This document shows, piece after piece, positions 14,431 to 27,591 of a DNA stretch of 64,000 bases (positions are counted from its first letter, which is position 1; every line of letters begins with the position of its first letter). Location of the stretch: assembly GCF_009914755.1 (NCBI RefSeq), contig NC_060930.1; one strand, written 5' to 3'. The notes under the pieces are model-generated. The model did no database searches. It saw only the letters and a list, made by a program, of their open reading frames with translations, and had not been told where the DNA came from. The DNA is from the human T2T-CHM13v2.0 reference genome, Homo sapiens. A program made the translations under genes and the position numbers.

Positions 14431-15220
14431 GGCCTTCTTGTGGAACAAGTTCTATCACTTTTGCATTCTCATATAGTATACATTATATGAAGACCTTGGA
14501 CAGTGCCAAATTTTTAATTAAAAGATGTTTGATAAATGCACAAAGCATACCAGCTTCTTGAGTACCAAAATTCTTTCCCTAATGATCATAGTTTTTAAGT
14601 TTTGAAATATTTCAAAATATTTTAAAATCTCTAGCCATGAGTAAAAAAATTAAAGATATTGGCATTTGTAAGCAAGTCCCATTGGGAATGGAACCTAGTT
14701 GGTGAAAGGGAAAGGGAAGAAGGAAAAGAAGTCAAGGAACTTTGAAAGATACTAGATCTACTTGCTAGCAAATGCAATACTTAGCAATATATATTTTTTT
14801 CTTGTTTTTTTGTTTGGTGGTTCTCTCAGTCTTTATGTTTGCTAAGAGGAAAATTTCCCCAGGCCATTCTATAAATTATACCATGAAGCTGTCTGTGATG
14901 CTTTTGATGTCTGTTAAGAAACCATTAATAACAACACAAAAAATACAACCTTGAGGAAAATTATTATCCTGCTATAAATTCTAGCCAAACGTACCTAATT
15001 TATACTTGTATTTTAGCTGAATCTCTTATGGCCTTAACACTTTCCAATGGTATTTTTCATTTCATTGATAGTTAATACTAAATTAAAATTGTGAGTATAT
15101 GTGTGTGTTTGTGTGTGTGCATATATATACGTATACATAGATGTTTATATGTGAATTTCAACAACAGAACCATCATATATATTTTAAAATGCCAGGTATA
15201 TTTATATATTTAAAAGATAA

Positions 15221-15515
15221 GGCCGGGCGCTGTGCCTCATGTCTGTAATCCCAGCACTTTGAGAGGCCGAGGCGGGCGGATCTCTTGAGGTCAGGAGTTC
15301 GAGACCAGCCTGGCCAACATGGCGAAACCCCGTCTCTACTAAAAATACAAAAATGAGCCGGGTGTAATGGGTCAAGCCTGTAATCCCAGCTACTTAGGAG
15401 GCTTAGGCAGGGGAATCACTTGACCCCGGGAGGCAGAGGTTCTAGTGAGCAGAGAACATGCCATTGCGCTCCAGCCTGGGCAACACAGCGAGACTCTGTC
15501 TCAAAGAAAAAAAAA
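15221..15515 (+). mobile_element. AluSx/Sz-like
   Basis: Full-length Alu; TSD aaaagataa on both sides. Confidence 0.95.
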
Positions 15516-16417
15516 GATAAATATAATTTTAAAAGAAAATAATATGAATTATTTTTTCCTTTAGCGGTGAATTATTATTTGAATTATAAAGTGCAGTATG
15601 GTGCATGCAGGAAAACAAAGACTTGAAACCCTTTAAAAAGCTGTCCCAAAGGGACAACTTACAGATACTACCACAAGGGGGCTCAGTAAGGGAGGGAAAA
15701 GGAAGGAATAAGGACATAACATTTTTTAAAATGTGAAAATGCCATTTCATATTTTAAAGATCCTCTCTCTCTCTCTCTCTCTCTCCCTGTCTCTCTCTCC
15801 GTCTCCTCTCCCTCCACATTTTTATGAAATAAAAACTAAAAAGCCAGTATTTCTGAGAGGAATTACTGAGTTCTGGTTTGTCTTGCAGCCTACTTACACT
15901 ATGTTGCAGGAAACTCAACAGACTGCATAGGTACTCAGGAGGTAATTTTTATAGCCAATGCAAATGAGCAGTATACTCATAAATGATGTTATGGATTCAG
16001 ACATGTTTTTATAAATTCGGATAAAGTTAAAGGTTTTTTCTGAAATATGGGTATAATCAATGTGTATTACTGGACTTCTTTCTCTCCTTCCTCTTCCTTC
16101 TCCTTTTTTTTTTTCTCTGTCGTTTTCTTCTTCTTTTGATTTTTCCTCTATATTTTTGTTGCTCTCTCCCTTCTTCTCCTTTTCCTCTTCCACCTCTTCT
16201 TTTTCACCTCTCCGTTTCTATAACTGTGTTTTTCCTAGGTTGCAGGATATAATGCAAAGTTCAGAGGCCCTGGAATCAGGCATATTTCAGTTTGATTTTT
16301 CGGTTTTTCTGTCTTTGGATGAAATGTTTAACTTTTATGAGCACCATAATTGAAAAAATATTTCCTAATCTGTAAATTTGGAAACACATGCTGCAAGATT
16401 GTAAGAGTTTTAGAAAA

Positions 16418-16640
16418 ATATATATATATGTGTGTGTATATATATTATATATAATATATGTATATATAATATATAATATATGTATATATAATATATATTA
16501 TATATATGTGTGTGTATATATATTATATATAATATATGTCTATATAATATATAATATATGTATATATAATATATATAATATATAATATATGTATATATAA
16601 TATATATAATATATGTATATATAATATATATACACACATA
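16418..16640. repeat. AT-rich (TA)n-derived repeat with 78-bp higher-order period
   Basis: Almost pure A/T; marker atgtgtgtgta at 16428 and 16506. Confidence 0.9.
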
Positions 16641-17061
16641 TAAATATAAAATACCTACCAGAGTAACTGGAAAATATTAATTCCTTAATAAATAGTGGAT
16701 GTGTTTATGGTTGTGAGAGTATCAATGATTTTATGAATATGAAATGAAATTCATGGTTTAACTTTGGTTATTAGTGTTTCCTTAATTTTCAGAAGCACAA
16801 TATCTCCTTCACACACATCTTTACTGATCTATGTACCTATAAACCTTTCAGTGTAATACTGTGAAAAATTACAGTTATATGCTGCTGACATGTAAGTACA
16901 GTGAGTATGGATGAGCCTCAGTAGACAGAATTTCTAACTATTTGAAGATTTCAAAAAGGAAAACGACATATTTCTTGGACCAACAGTAAGACCCAGCTGA
17001 TTTTAGAGAATAAAGCACTAAGAACTGAAGAAAAATAAAAATATAGAGAGCAGCAAAACAT

Positions 17062-17880
17062 TTTGTATGGATACTGTAATGGTGAATACATGATACTATG
17101 AATTAGTCAAAAGCCAAAAACCATAGAGCATAATGAGTGAAACTTAATGTAAACTATGAACTTTAGTTAATGACAATACATTAATATTAGTCTATCGATT
17201 ATAAAAAGTGTGCCACACCAATGCAAGATGCTAACCCTTTTCCCATTTGCCCTGAGAATGCTTGTCAGGGCTCTTGCAGCTGCCATGTTTTCCCCAAGAA
17301 ATATCCATGTAATATCTCACTTTTATTATTATTTTCACATCCCTCCATTATATAGGCTTTGGAAACAAAAGATATCATTCTATATCATTCTATTTATAGC
17401 ATTTTGTTTTTAGTAGTTGTATATCTATTTACAAAATATAGTAATTTTCGATTGCAGAAAATGTCACACGCAAGAAAACGTAGCATTCTTACCCTTGATG
17501 TTAGCATCACTCCTGAAGAGTTGTTGGCTGAAGATTAATTTGACAAATCTGATTTTTCTGAAATAGATAATTCTGATGATTCAGACAATTTTGATATTAG
17601 TTCTGTTTAGAAATCACTCCAATGATAGTTTTTATATTTTATTTTCACATGGAAAATCAGTCAGATTGCTTCAGCCTCAAAGAGTGTGCTTATGTAAAAT
17701 TAAATGAGCACTGGCAGCAAGATGCATTTTTGTTTTCTTAACGGAAAAAGGGTTAACAACAGGGGAAACTGTGGGCAGGGATGATGAAGAAGGAAGTACA
17801 TGGGAACTCTGTACTTTTTGCCCAATGTTATTGTAAACCTAAAACTGCTCAGAAGACAGTCTGTTAATTAATTTTTAAAA
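17062..17880 (+). mobile_element. L1MC2/3-type 3' end, split by MER75
   Basis: aatgtaaactatgaactttagttaat...caatgcaagatg|insert|aacaggggaaactg...gggaactctgtacttt...gtaaacctaaaactgctc. Confidence 0.75.
17235..17752 (+). mobile_element. MER75, piggyBac-family non-autonomous DNA transposon, full length
   Basis: TIRs cccttttcccattt / aacggaaaaaggg; flanked by ctaa and ttaa (TTAA target); 518 bp matching recalled MER75. Confidence 0.92.
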
Positions 17881-18119
17881 ATCTATATGTATACTTCTCA
17901 AACAGAGGATGTCTAGTGTTTTCATCTTTTGACAATAAGCATTTATTTCTTCATGCAAAATGTTAAAGTTTACACTGTGGAATTTAAATTACAACTATAA
18001 TTATTTGATGCTTAACATTTATCTACATTTCTCTGCTATGAATGTACAAGAACGCTTGTACATTAAGATTTTCCTGAAGACAACCTAATATTTAAAGTTT
18101 TACTTGTAATAAGATAAAA

Positions 18120-18235
18120 ATAATAAATATTGACCTATTTATTGGGCACTTTCTCTGTTACAGATACTGTGTTAAGTACTTTATCTGCATCATATAAAGC
18201 ATATTCATAACTTCTAAGAAAGAAATTATTATCCA
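18120..18235 (-). mobile_element. MIR fragment
   Basis: atttattgggcactttctctgttacagatactgtgttaagtacttta is typical MIR antisense. Confidence 0.55.
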
Positions 18236-21200
18236 GAATGTCTTCTAATCTGAATGATATTTATGTACTCATAACTCAAATAACTATGAAAACAGAATAT
18301 AATGAATTATTTTAACTTCATTTAGAAATTAATGATTTAATAATAGTACATATCCTGAGTTGTGTATTTCTGTTTAACAAGAAAAATGACTAAGATACAG
18401 TTGTGTTAAATGCTCATTCATAATACTTCTTATAAATATTAGACATTTATAATATTAACTAGACATATTAAACACTGTTAAGTCAGTAATTCAACTCAAA
18501 ATTCACAGGAGACTACTATTGGTGCTCTGTCATTATTTCTGAAACTGGAATTATTTATGTAGTGAAAGTATCCAATATTTTTCCATCTATTTCATTTTAA
18601 ATCTCTGTGTTATATAATATACTTATTGCAAGATTATTAAATTGCAAACAACAGAGGGCTTAGAGAAATTACGCCTTGGATATCATCCTAGAAAATGTCA
18701 GACTTTTTGAAAATTAGGGATATTTATGTGGAATATACTTTATTTGAAATAACACAAATATGCTATTTTCAGGTTAGTTTTGTAGAACATTCAGAAAATG
18801 AGGAAGTTATATATGTCAAGAATAACTGATGGCTTAATCCAATGCTATCATTGGGCATATGAACAAAAAGAATATGAGAAGTCACGGTTCATTGTAACAT
18901 AATCAAATGACACTGCCCCTCTAGGGCAAAAAGAGGCACTATGAGATAATTTACTTTGGTTAAAAGCAAACAAACAATGAACGAAAAAAAAGTCAGAAAT
19001 CATTTCAAAATAAAATGTTTAAACAATACATATATTTTTGATCCATGGCAGCCATGGTGACTTTACCTGCTACACTGATGTTTTCTAAATGAGAAAAGAT
19101 AAAGAGCAAAAAGAGCACTATAAAGTAATTGACTCTGATTAGAAACAAACAATGAACCCAAAAGGAAAAGCCTTCTCTATTGATTTTATTTTATGTCTGA
19201 CATTTTGTAATTTATCTTTCAAATTTCCATTCTAGGAGTGTAGTCACATCACAAATAACAGCATCAAAATGGAAAGATATTGGATTCATAATAAATTGCT
19301 GCTGTATAAAGGCATTCAAGCTTTGGTTTTTGGCCCTCCGTGGTTATTCAGTTTATCTACTCCATCACAATATAGGATATAGGATATTTTAAAGAAAATA
19401 TATCAACTCAATTTTTGGTTTGGGCAATACCTTCTGGTAATAAGTTGTTTTGTCATATGATCTTGTGTGATCCTACATAACTTTATAACTACTCAAATAT
19501 TCCAATTCAAAAAGTGAAACACAGAATCTCACTTTATAAAGTAATGACTTCTTTAAAAGAAGGTAAATATTAAATTATCCAAAATACTAATTCACCAAAA
19601 CAACTAGTTTTTAATTAAAAGTTATTTTGAATCACAAAGTTCCCCAAATAACTTCAAACAGTATACTAGAAATCTTGAAAATATAAATTATTGCTGTTTT
19701 TATTCAATAAGAAATATTTGTAAGGTATTTTGTTTTTTGGTTTTGTCTATTTTTTATTTGTATTTTATTTTTAATTTTTTTAATTTTTAATTTCAATTTT
19801 AAAAATTGTAAATGTCTCTTCTTATCTTGAAAAATCAGTGTAGCAGTCATCAGGTGAAGTCATCATGGCTGCTATGAATCCAAAAATATGCATTTTTTAA
19901 ATATTGTATTTCAAAATTATTTCTGACTTATCAAAAAGTTGTTAAAATATTTAAAATATGACCGTATTTTGTTCACTGCACTTCACAAATGTTGTTAGCA
20001 TATTTTTCCACTTTATCATTTCTGTGGGGGCTGGTGGGGGAGGTAAGTTTGAGCACTGAATGGCATATGACATATGGGAAATTTTGATCTGGAGCCAAAT
20101 ATTCTGAACACTAACTGAGGTTCAAAATAAACTTTACTAAATTCTGAAAAAGTGCATAATTCATGTCAGGCTATAAAATATAACCCATCAGTACATCTAC
20201 TTTTTTGAAAATTTTTATTAAATATTCTTAAGTATCTAGAATGATGTGGAATGTTCCGGAAAAGCTTTCTTAAATTGTCTTTGTTTAGGGTTACTAATTA
20301 TTTATACACTTAGTATTTGTAAATAATTGAGAGCAAGGTATTAACATTGGATCAAAATATTTTACCATCTTTAATACTAGCAAAGTTGTCTTCCTGTATA
20401 GCCAAATTTAGCCCAGGGATCTACCAAACACTGATTCATCAATTTAGTAATAACCAGGGAAGCTGGAGAAAAAAATGGCTTGCCAAAGCATGCCTATTTA
20501 CTAACCACTAGAGGAAATCAAGGGCCAGCCTGATCCCTTCTTAAAATCCATGAAACAAGGAAGAAGGAAAAGAGAGAGACAGCACCTATAGACTATGTTG
20601 TCTATGTTTTATGTGCTCAAAAAGTTATGTATTAGCCTATTTGTATGGCTCAGGTGATATTGGTCTCTGCTCATTGGCAAGCAGATCATTCATTCATTCC
20701 TCTTACCAAGGGAGGAGCAAGCGGAGGGAAGAGAAAAATTTGCCATGAGGTGATAACTTCCTCCAGGGCCATAAAAAATCTATGATAAGTTGAAATGGGT
20801 TCTTGCATCAAATATACTCCTATTTTGATGTAATATATTATCTGTAGCAATTACAGTTATTTGCCAATTATTTGAAGAAAACAAAAGAGAGAAAACTTTA
20901 AATTGTTCCAGTTTGGTGAAAAGGTATTCTGAATAATAATATTCCCACATCTATTACTTTTCTGATCCATTGTTCTCAAGAAAAACACAGAAATAGATTA
21001 ATGGATAATATTATATTTGTCAAAATATGATTTTGTAAATGTTTTCTCAGAAATTTTGATTGATTTCTGATCAGTTGACACCACAGAACACCTGGCAATC
21101 TGATTGGGTTGCTATTGGGTGCATCTCCATCTAGGGTCTGCACATTTTTCACATTATCTCTTTGTCTATTGTCAACTCTTCACATCTTCATATAATTTTA

Positions 21201-23954
21201 AACCAAATAAGGTCGTTTCTTTTAACAAGCCCCTAAATCAGACTAATTAGGTTTTCTGACATTTTCTGAAGTTGCAGGGCATTGTGGCAGGTGAAATTGC
21301 TACTACAATGAATTTCAAAACTCTCAACAGAGCAAGCTAATATATATATCTCCTATAGACAGGGATAATACAGTATTCTTGGTTAAAAGGCAATCCAGAA
21401 AAGCAACTAGAATTAAAAAAACTATAAGATAGAAAAATATTTTTTATTAATTTCAAAAAAGCATTTTAGAAATAGGCCTAAGGCCAAGCAATAAAAGCAG
21501 AAATGAAAATAAACTGAACAACTGAACAAGGCCCTTGATAAAATAAAGAAACTTTACTTTATGGTTTAATTAGAAAATATTATGCATTGAGAAAAGGGAG
21601 AAAAGCAAGTTATGTTGGTAAAGCTTTCTTCCAGCTTAATTAAATATTATATATGTTTTCACTTTGTTTCGTTCTTTCTGAATTGAAAGGTAAACATTTA
21701 TTTATTTCTTCAGTGTTCCATGAAACGAAGACATTGTTGCATACATAAATATAACTGTTACATGTTTGATTATGAAGCCTTTGTTTTATTCAAACCTATT
21801 TGAATTCAAAGCTGTTTTAGGAGGAAACCAAACTATAGTGAAATGAAAACATAACCATGTTTTCAGAAAGCTTAATATATGTCCAGCTCATAGATCCTAT
21901 TTATTTAAAAGATTTACTCCAATAAGTACTTTCAATATTCTTTACATAATCAATTTGCACTTTCCTGCTGTCATTGCCTTTTAATTTTAAGTAATTCCAA
22001 ATTTTATTAACTTTATCTAATTATTAAAAACTAGAATGAGCTGTACATTGTAAGAGTGGTAAGATATTTATATTCTTGAATGTAAAATGTAATGTATTTT
22101 AGACTTAGCACATATAACCAGCAAGCAAAAATGTTGGTGATTAACTCAAGTTATAAGGAATTAAATTAAATGAGCTTTCTTGTGTTCCCAAATATATTTT
22201 GTTTAAATTTCTGAAAAGTAATGTTATCCAGAATATCAGGAGAAGACAGTTTGATTGAGAAGGTAAAAAGCCAGCTGGAAGTTGAAGGTTGCACATTATG
22301 CACAATTGCTTGACTCCTCTTATGTTCACATGGACTGAAACAAGGGAAATATTTGTAACTCCAATACTCAGGAGTGGGCTTGGCACATAGATGATGCCCA
22401 CAGACTGTTGCTCAATAAGAGCTGTTAATGAATTTTTATTTTTATTTTGTCAGAAAGGTAACCGAATTTGTAAATATGAATTACAACTTCTCTTCTTAAT
22501 ACTAACAGATTTGTTGTACATAGGAAGTTAAATTGGTTGTTAAACTTTTACAAATTATTTGTTTATGGACTTGAAATTTAAATTTCTGATTATATTATAT
22601 TATGCAAATAAAAATAGTGATAAAAATAAAATACTGAACCTAGAGAAAGCTATTAAAAAATCCCATTGTAGAAGTTAGTTTTTAAAATGTTCATAGGATG
22701 AATATTTTTTTAAATTAAACAAAGATTGTGAACTTTAGCAAGGTTATCTATCTTCCAGAATTCTGTTTGATTTAAATTGTAAGCCATATTTTTACAATAT
22801 CATTTGCTATATGCTATGTATGAAAAGAAATATTATCACCTCGATCAGATTCCAGCATGATTAGCAACTCTTATTTTTATGCCACGTACATACACACATG
22901 ATCTCTGGGACTAGAACTTCAAAAGGAAATCTACGGGGCATGGAAAACAGTGGTCTTCTCAGCTAATCTCCCAAAATACAGAGCAGAGCAAAAAAAAAAA
23001 AAAAAAAAAAACAAAAAAAAACTGTTTCTCGTGGAAAAAAAAAATTATATTTAAAGAAAGTGTAGTTCATATCATTGTCATCTGGTGACGCTGACGTTTG
23101 AGAAAATTGTTTTGTTTTTACCTGATTAAATACTACAGCTTTGCCAAATAAGAGGATTTAGCCAAAGATCCAAGATATGAAAAATTTGGAGCACCTGTTT
23201 CCCAGCTGAATATGAGAGAAATTGATTCAATATTTTAAAAAATAACTTTATATAACAAAGTATTATTTCCATCTATAAGGATGCACTTATTGCAAGTAAA
23301 GAACTAGCTTTTAACACAACGGTAGAGTTGTGCAACTATCACGAACATCAAGTTTTAGAACATTTCCATTACCCCCCAAAATTTATTCTGCCCATTTGAA
23401 GTGAATTCCTGCTCTCACCTCCAGTCTCAGGCAACAACTGATCTGAGTCTGTCTCTACAGATTTGCCTTTTCTGGGAAATTCATGTAAGTTGAATCATAC
23501 AGCATAAGTCTTTTGTAACAGACTTCTGTAGCTTAGCAAAATATTTTTGAGATAATTCATACTGTGCTATGTTTCAGTACTTTACTCTTTTTCATTGCTG
23601 AATAACATTCTACTGGACAGATAAGCTATAGTGTGCTGATGGACATTTAAATTGTTTCCAGTTATGGTATTAAGAATAATATTTCCATGAGCATTAACAT
23701 CCAAGTTTATTTGTGGAAATATATTAATTTAATTTTTATTGGTTGGATGCCCAAGAGTGGAATTGGTAGACTGTATGGTAAATGTTTAACTTTTTAAGTA
23801 GATGCCAAAGTATTTTCCAAAATGGTTGTGTCAATTTACTTAATGAGTAGCAACATTTAAGGACTCCAATCTCCCCACATCCTCACCAGCACTTCCCATT
23901 GTCTGTCTTTTTGATTATAGCCATCACAGAGGGTGGAAAGTAGCAGGGCATTTT

Positions 23955-25214
23955 CGGTTTTGGACTGCGAATTTTAAATCATAATTAGGCTCAAGCACAT
24001 CTTTATTAATCAAAATAAGAACGATTACAATCAACACATTTTTGCCAACAAGAAATAAGTTTGCTTATTCCCGTAGTGTACAATTCCGTACTTAGGGATT
24101 CGACAAAGTCTTGGAAAGCATTTTCTGCATGCTGCTGGTTGTGGTAGCATTTACCCTGCAAAAAATTGCCGAGATGCTTGAAGAAGTGGTAGACGGTGTG
24201 TCAGAGGTCAGGTGAATATCGCAGATGAGGCAAAACTTTGTAGCCCAATTCGTTCAACTTTTGAAGTGTTGGTTGTGCGATGTGTGGTCAGGTGTTGTCG
24301 TGGAGAAGAATTGGGCCCCTTCTGTTGACCAATGCCAGCTGCAGGTATTGCAGTTTTAGATGCATCTCATCGATCTGCTGAACATACATCTCAGATGTAA
24401 TGGTTTCGCCAGGATTCAGAAAGCTGTAGTGGAGCAGACCGGCAGCAAACCACCAAACACTGACCATAACTCTTTTTGGGTGCGAATTTGGCTTTCGGAA
24501 GTGCTTTGGAGCTTCTCGATCCAACCACTGAGCTGGTGGTCGCCCGTTGTCACGGTTGTCATATAAAATCCACTTTTCATTGCACGTCAAAATCCGATTG
24601 AGAAATGCTTCATCATTGTTCGATAGAATAAAAGAAAACATTTCAAAATGACTTTTTTGATTTTTGGTCAGCTCATGAGGCACCCACTTATCGAGCTTTT
24701 TCACCTTTCCAATTTGCTTGAAATGCCAAACAACCATAGAATGGTCGATGTTGAGTTCTTGGGCAACTTCTCGCATAGTTGTAAGAGGATCAGCTTCAAT
24801 GATTGCTCACAATTGGTTATTGTCAACTTCTGATGGCCGACAACTGTGCTTCTCATCTTCAAAGTTCCCATCCCCTTTGTAAAGCTTCTTGAACCACCAC
24901 TGCCCTGTACATTCATTAGCAGTTCCTGGGAAAATGCGTTGTTGTTGTTGCGAATTGTCTCTGCTGCTTTACGACCCATTTTGAACTCAAATAAGAAAAT
25001 CGCTCAAATTTCCTTTTTGTCTGGCATCATTTCAAAAGTGTAAAATAAATGTAAAATAAACAGCAAGTAAGAAGTCATTAGCAAAAAAGAATAAAGTGAG
25101 AAACACACATTGAAATGATGTATAACATAACCACATTTATTTAAGAATGTATTCCAATATCAAATGACAAATTTCAACAATGCAAAAACCTCAATTGCTT
25201 TTGCACCAACCTAA
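23955..25214 (-). mobile_element. Hsmar1 mariner transposon, near full length; 3' TIR mostly lost
   Basis: 5' TIR (minus) ttaggttggtgcaaaagcaattgaggtttt followed by TA; colinear transposase; left end begins inside the TIR at cggttttggact. Confidence 0.95.
24006..25036 (-). pseudogene. Hsmar1 transposase pseudogene (same family as the SETMAR transposase domain, but not SETMAR)
   Basis: MGRKAAET, KWVPHEL, TCNEKW, HDNT and YSPDL motifs; first ATG changed to TTT, frameshift, internal stops. Confidence 0.93.
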
Positions 25215-26699
25215 TATATGTATCCCTCAAACAACTAACTATACTTAGCATCTCTCAATGTGCTCACTGCCCATTTTTATATCTTCTTTGAAGAAGTCTC
25301 TCTTTAAATGTGTTTTTTAAAGGAATTTTCTTGTTAATATTGAATTACAGTTATAGGAATTTTTATATCTTCAAGATATAAGTGCTTTATTAGAAATATG
25401 ACTTGCAAGTAATTTCTCCCAGTCTATAGTTTATGTTTTCATGTTCTTACCAGTAAAATATTAATTCTTTGTCATACAAACATAAACAAATTTTATTAAT
25501 CTAGCAAGTAGAAGTAACTTGGAAGTCATACTTGCAATATTAAGGAGAACTTACTGTTTCAACCTAGTCCTTCAAGAACTAAAATGTAAAAAAGTTAAAT
25601 AGTAATTGCCATTATAAATATAGTTATATTTCCTAAATATTGTGAATTTTTAAAATGATTTTTATAGGCTACGTGTAAGTCTTGAAATAATTTTAAAATT
25701 ATGTAATGAAAATAAATTAAGGTCTATTTGGGGTATTCATCCATGAATTCTTCACAACTAAACTAATATTAGTTAATATTAGCAAACTTATACTTATTAA
25801 CACTTAATTTAGGTTTATCTCAAGCATGAAAATGCTAAGTAATTTGAAACTAAAATGTATGAACTAGAAACTGAAAGTTATTAAATTCTTTGCATCAAAA
25901 ATATAGTAGTTAAGTCTTGTTTTTAAAGAACCCTATAGAACTACTCAGGTTCTCAGTTTTCGGTTCTAAAATTCTTAATTTCTCACACTTGTTAATCAAT
26001 AAGAATGCTTGTGTTTATAAATTACTATATGTATGGTTGTCACATGAGAGAAAAGTGAAGTGACTAAGGTTTAATCTCAAACATCTCATTTTGCCATTCC
26101 TCCATTACATTCAAGAACATACCACTTCCACCCCGCTAGAAATCTGTACTTGGAGTTATCCTTTTGTTGTATAAGATTACTAATTACTGAGGACTGTGGT
26201 TCTCAATGCAGAAAATTTGACCTTGGTTTGTACTTTTTATTAAAATGGAGCTTTCCATGTTGCATGCTAGGCAGAAGTTAGAACTATAAGGTCATACTTC
26301 AAGTAGCTTAATCCATCTAACAGACCTGGATAACTCAAACAGCTAGCTAATGTTTGTGTTTCCCAGTACAACATTTAACATGATACTATTTTTCTTACCT
26401 ATGTTATTTATGATATGTAGTGTGGTTTATACTTGGTAAGCAAGTGAATAAATAAATGTCCCAGAGGCCAAGTGGAGAGAATTATTGGATTATATTAGGT
26501 CAGATGGGGTGGGGAAGGAAGGAAGGTTACTTTGTGAACAACAAGTTGTCGTTTCTGTACCACATATTTAATTATATTATGTAGGTGGGTCCCTTCCAAA
26601 TTCATATATGCGTAGACATTTTTCTCAACATAATGTTTTCACGTCCATGAATGGTATCAATCAGAAAACTAATCTGGCAGAACCAGATTAATTAGATTA

Positions 26700-27095
26700 A
26701 CCAGATTAATAGTGGGCAGAACTACCTTGTGTCACTCCCATAATCACATTACATTATATAGCCAAAAATAGATTATTTAGGTGAATTTAATATAATCACC
26801 TGAGACCTTAAAACGGAGAATTTTTCAGCCAGTGGGGAGGGAAGTTAAAAGCACAAGAAAGACTTGATATGTCACTGATGCTTGAAGATCAAAAGGACCG
26901 TGTGTAAAATATAAGAAAGTGAAATTTGAAGAAGAAACCCCCACACTGCATATTTAGCCTGGTGAGACCTTGAACAGAGAACTGAGTATACTCAGTCATG
27001 GTATACTGAGTTTCAGGTCTACTGAAACTGGAAAAGAATGAATCTGTGTTGTTTCAAGCTGCTTCATATGTTATGAAGCCAAAGAAAACTAGTAG
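26700..27095 (+). mobile_element. MaLR LTR, MLT1E/F-like
   Basis: ttagcctggtgagaccttgaacagagaac...tgtgttgtttcaagctgct...agaaaactagta. Confidence 0.55.
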
Positions 27096-27177
27096 GTCAT
27101 GTTGACCCACTGTCTTTTCTCTTTTTCAAGGGAAAAACAGAAATACATCAAATTTGTAACTGAAACTTTTAGGACTG

Positions 27178-27560
27178 TGATATGGTTTGTCTCTGTGTCC
27201 CCACCCAAATCTCAGGTTGAATTCTAATCCTCCTGTGTCAGGGAAGGGGACTAGTGGGAGGTGGCTGGATCATGGGGGTGGATTTCCCCCTTGCTGTTCT
27301 CCTGATAGTGAGTGAGTTTTCATGAGACCTGATGGTTTAAAAGTGTATGGCTATCTTCACTCTCTCTCTCTCTCCTGCTCTGCCGTGGTAAGATGTGCTT
27401 GCTTCCCCTTCACCTTCTACAATGATTGTAAGTTTCCTGAGGTCTCCCAGCCATGCTTCCTGTACAGCCTGTGGAACGGTGAGTCAATTAAATCTCTTTT
27501 CTTCATAAATTAGCCAGTCACAGGTAATTCTTTATAGCAGTCTGAGAACAAACTAATACA
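27178..27560 (+). mobile_element. THE1D-like MaLR solo LTR
   Basis: tgatatggtttg...ccccacccaaatctca...actaataca; TSD gactg/gaatg. Confidence 0.9.
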
Positions 27561-27591
27561 GAATGCAATGAAGAAAATTATATCTGTGTTT

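Larger units (their letters stand above)
23300..25450 (-). mobile_element. L1MB-type 3' fragment hosting Hsmar1
   Basis: gagttgtgcaactatcac...ggcaacaactgatctg...gatttgccttttctgg; L1 text resumes after 25216. Confidence 0.75.

Noticed and set aside
15915-16637. E/K-rich, S/F-rich and Y/I-rich ORFs
   Set aside because: Translations of pyrimidine-rich and (TA)n low-complexity DNA
22990-23021. Long A-run as the tail of a processed pseudogene or retrocopy
   Set aside because: No upstream Alu, L1 or mRNA-like body and no TSD found
24006-25036. SETMAR gene
   Set aside because: Stops, frameshift and mutated catalytic residues; no SET-domain exons nearby; it is a dispersed Hsmar1 copy
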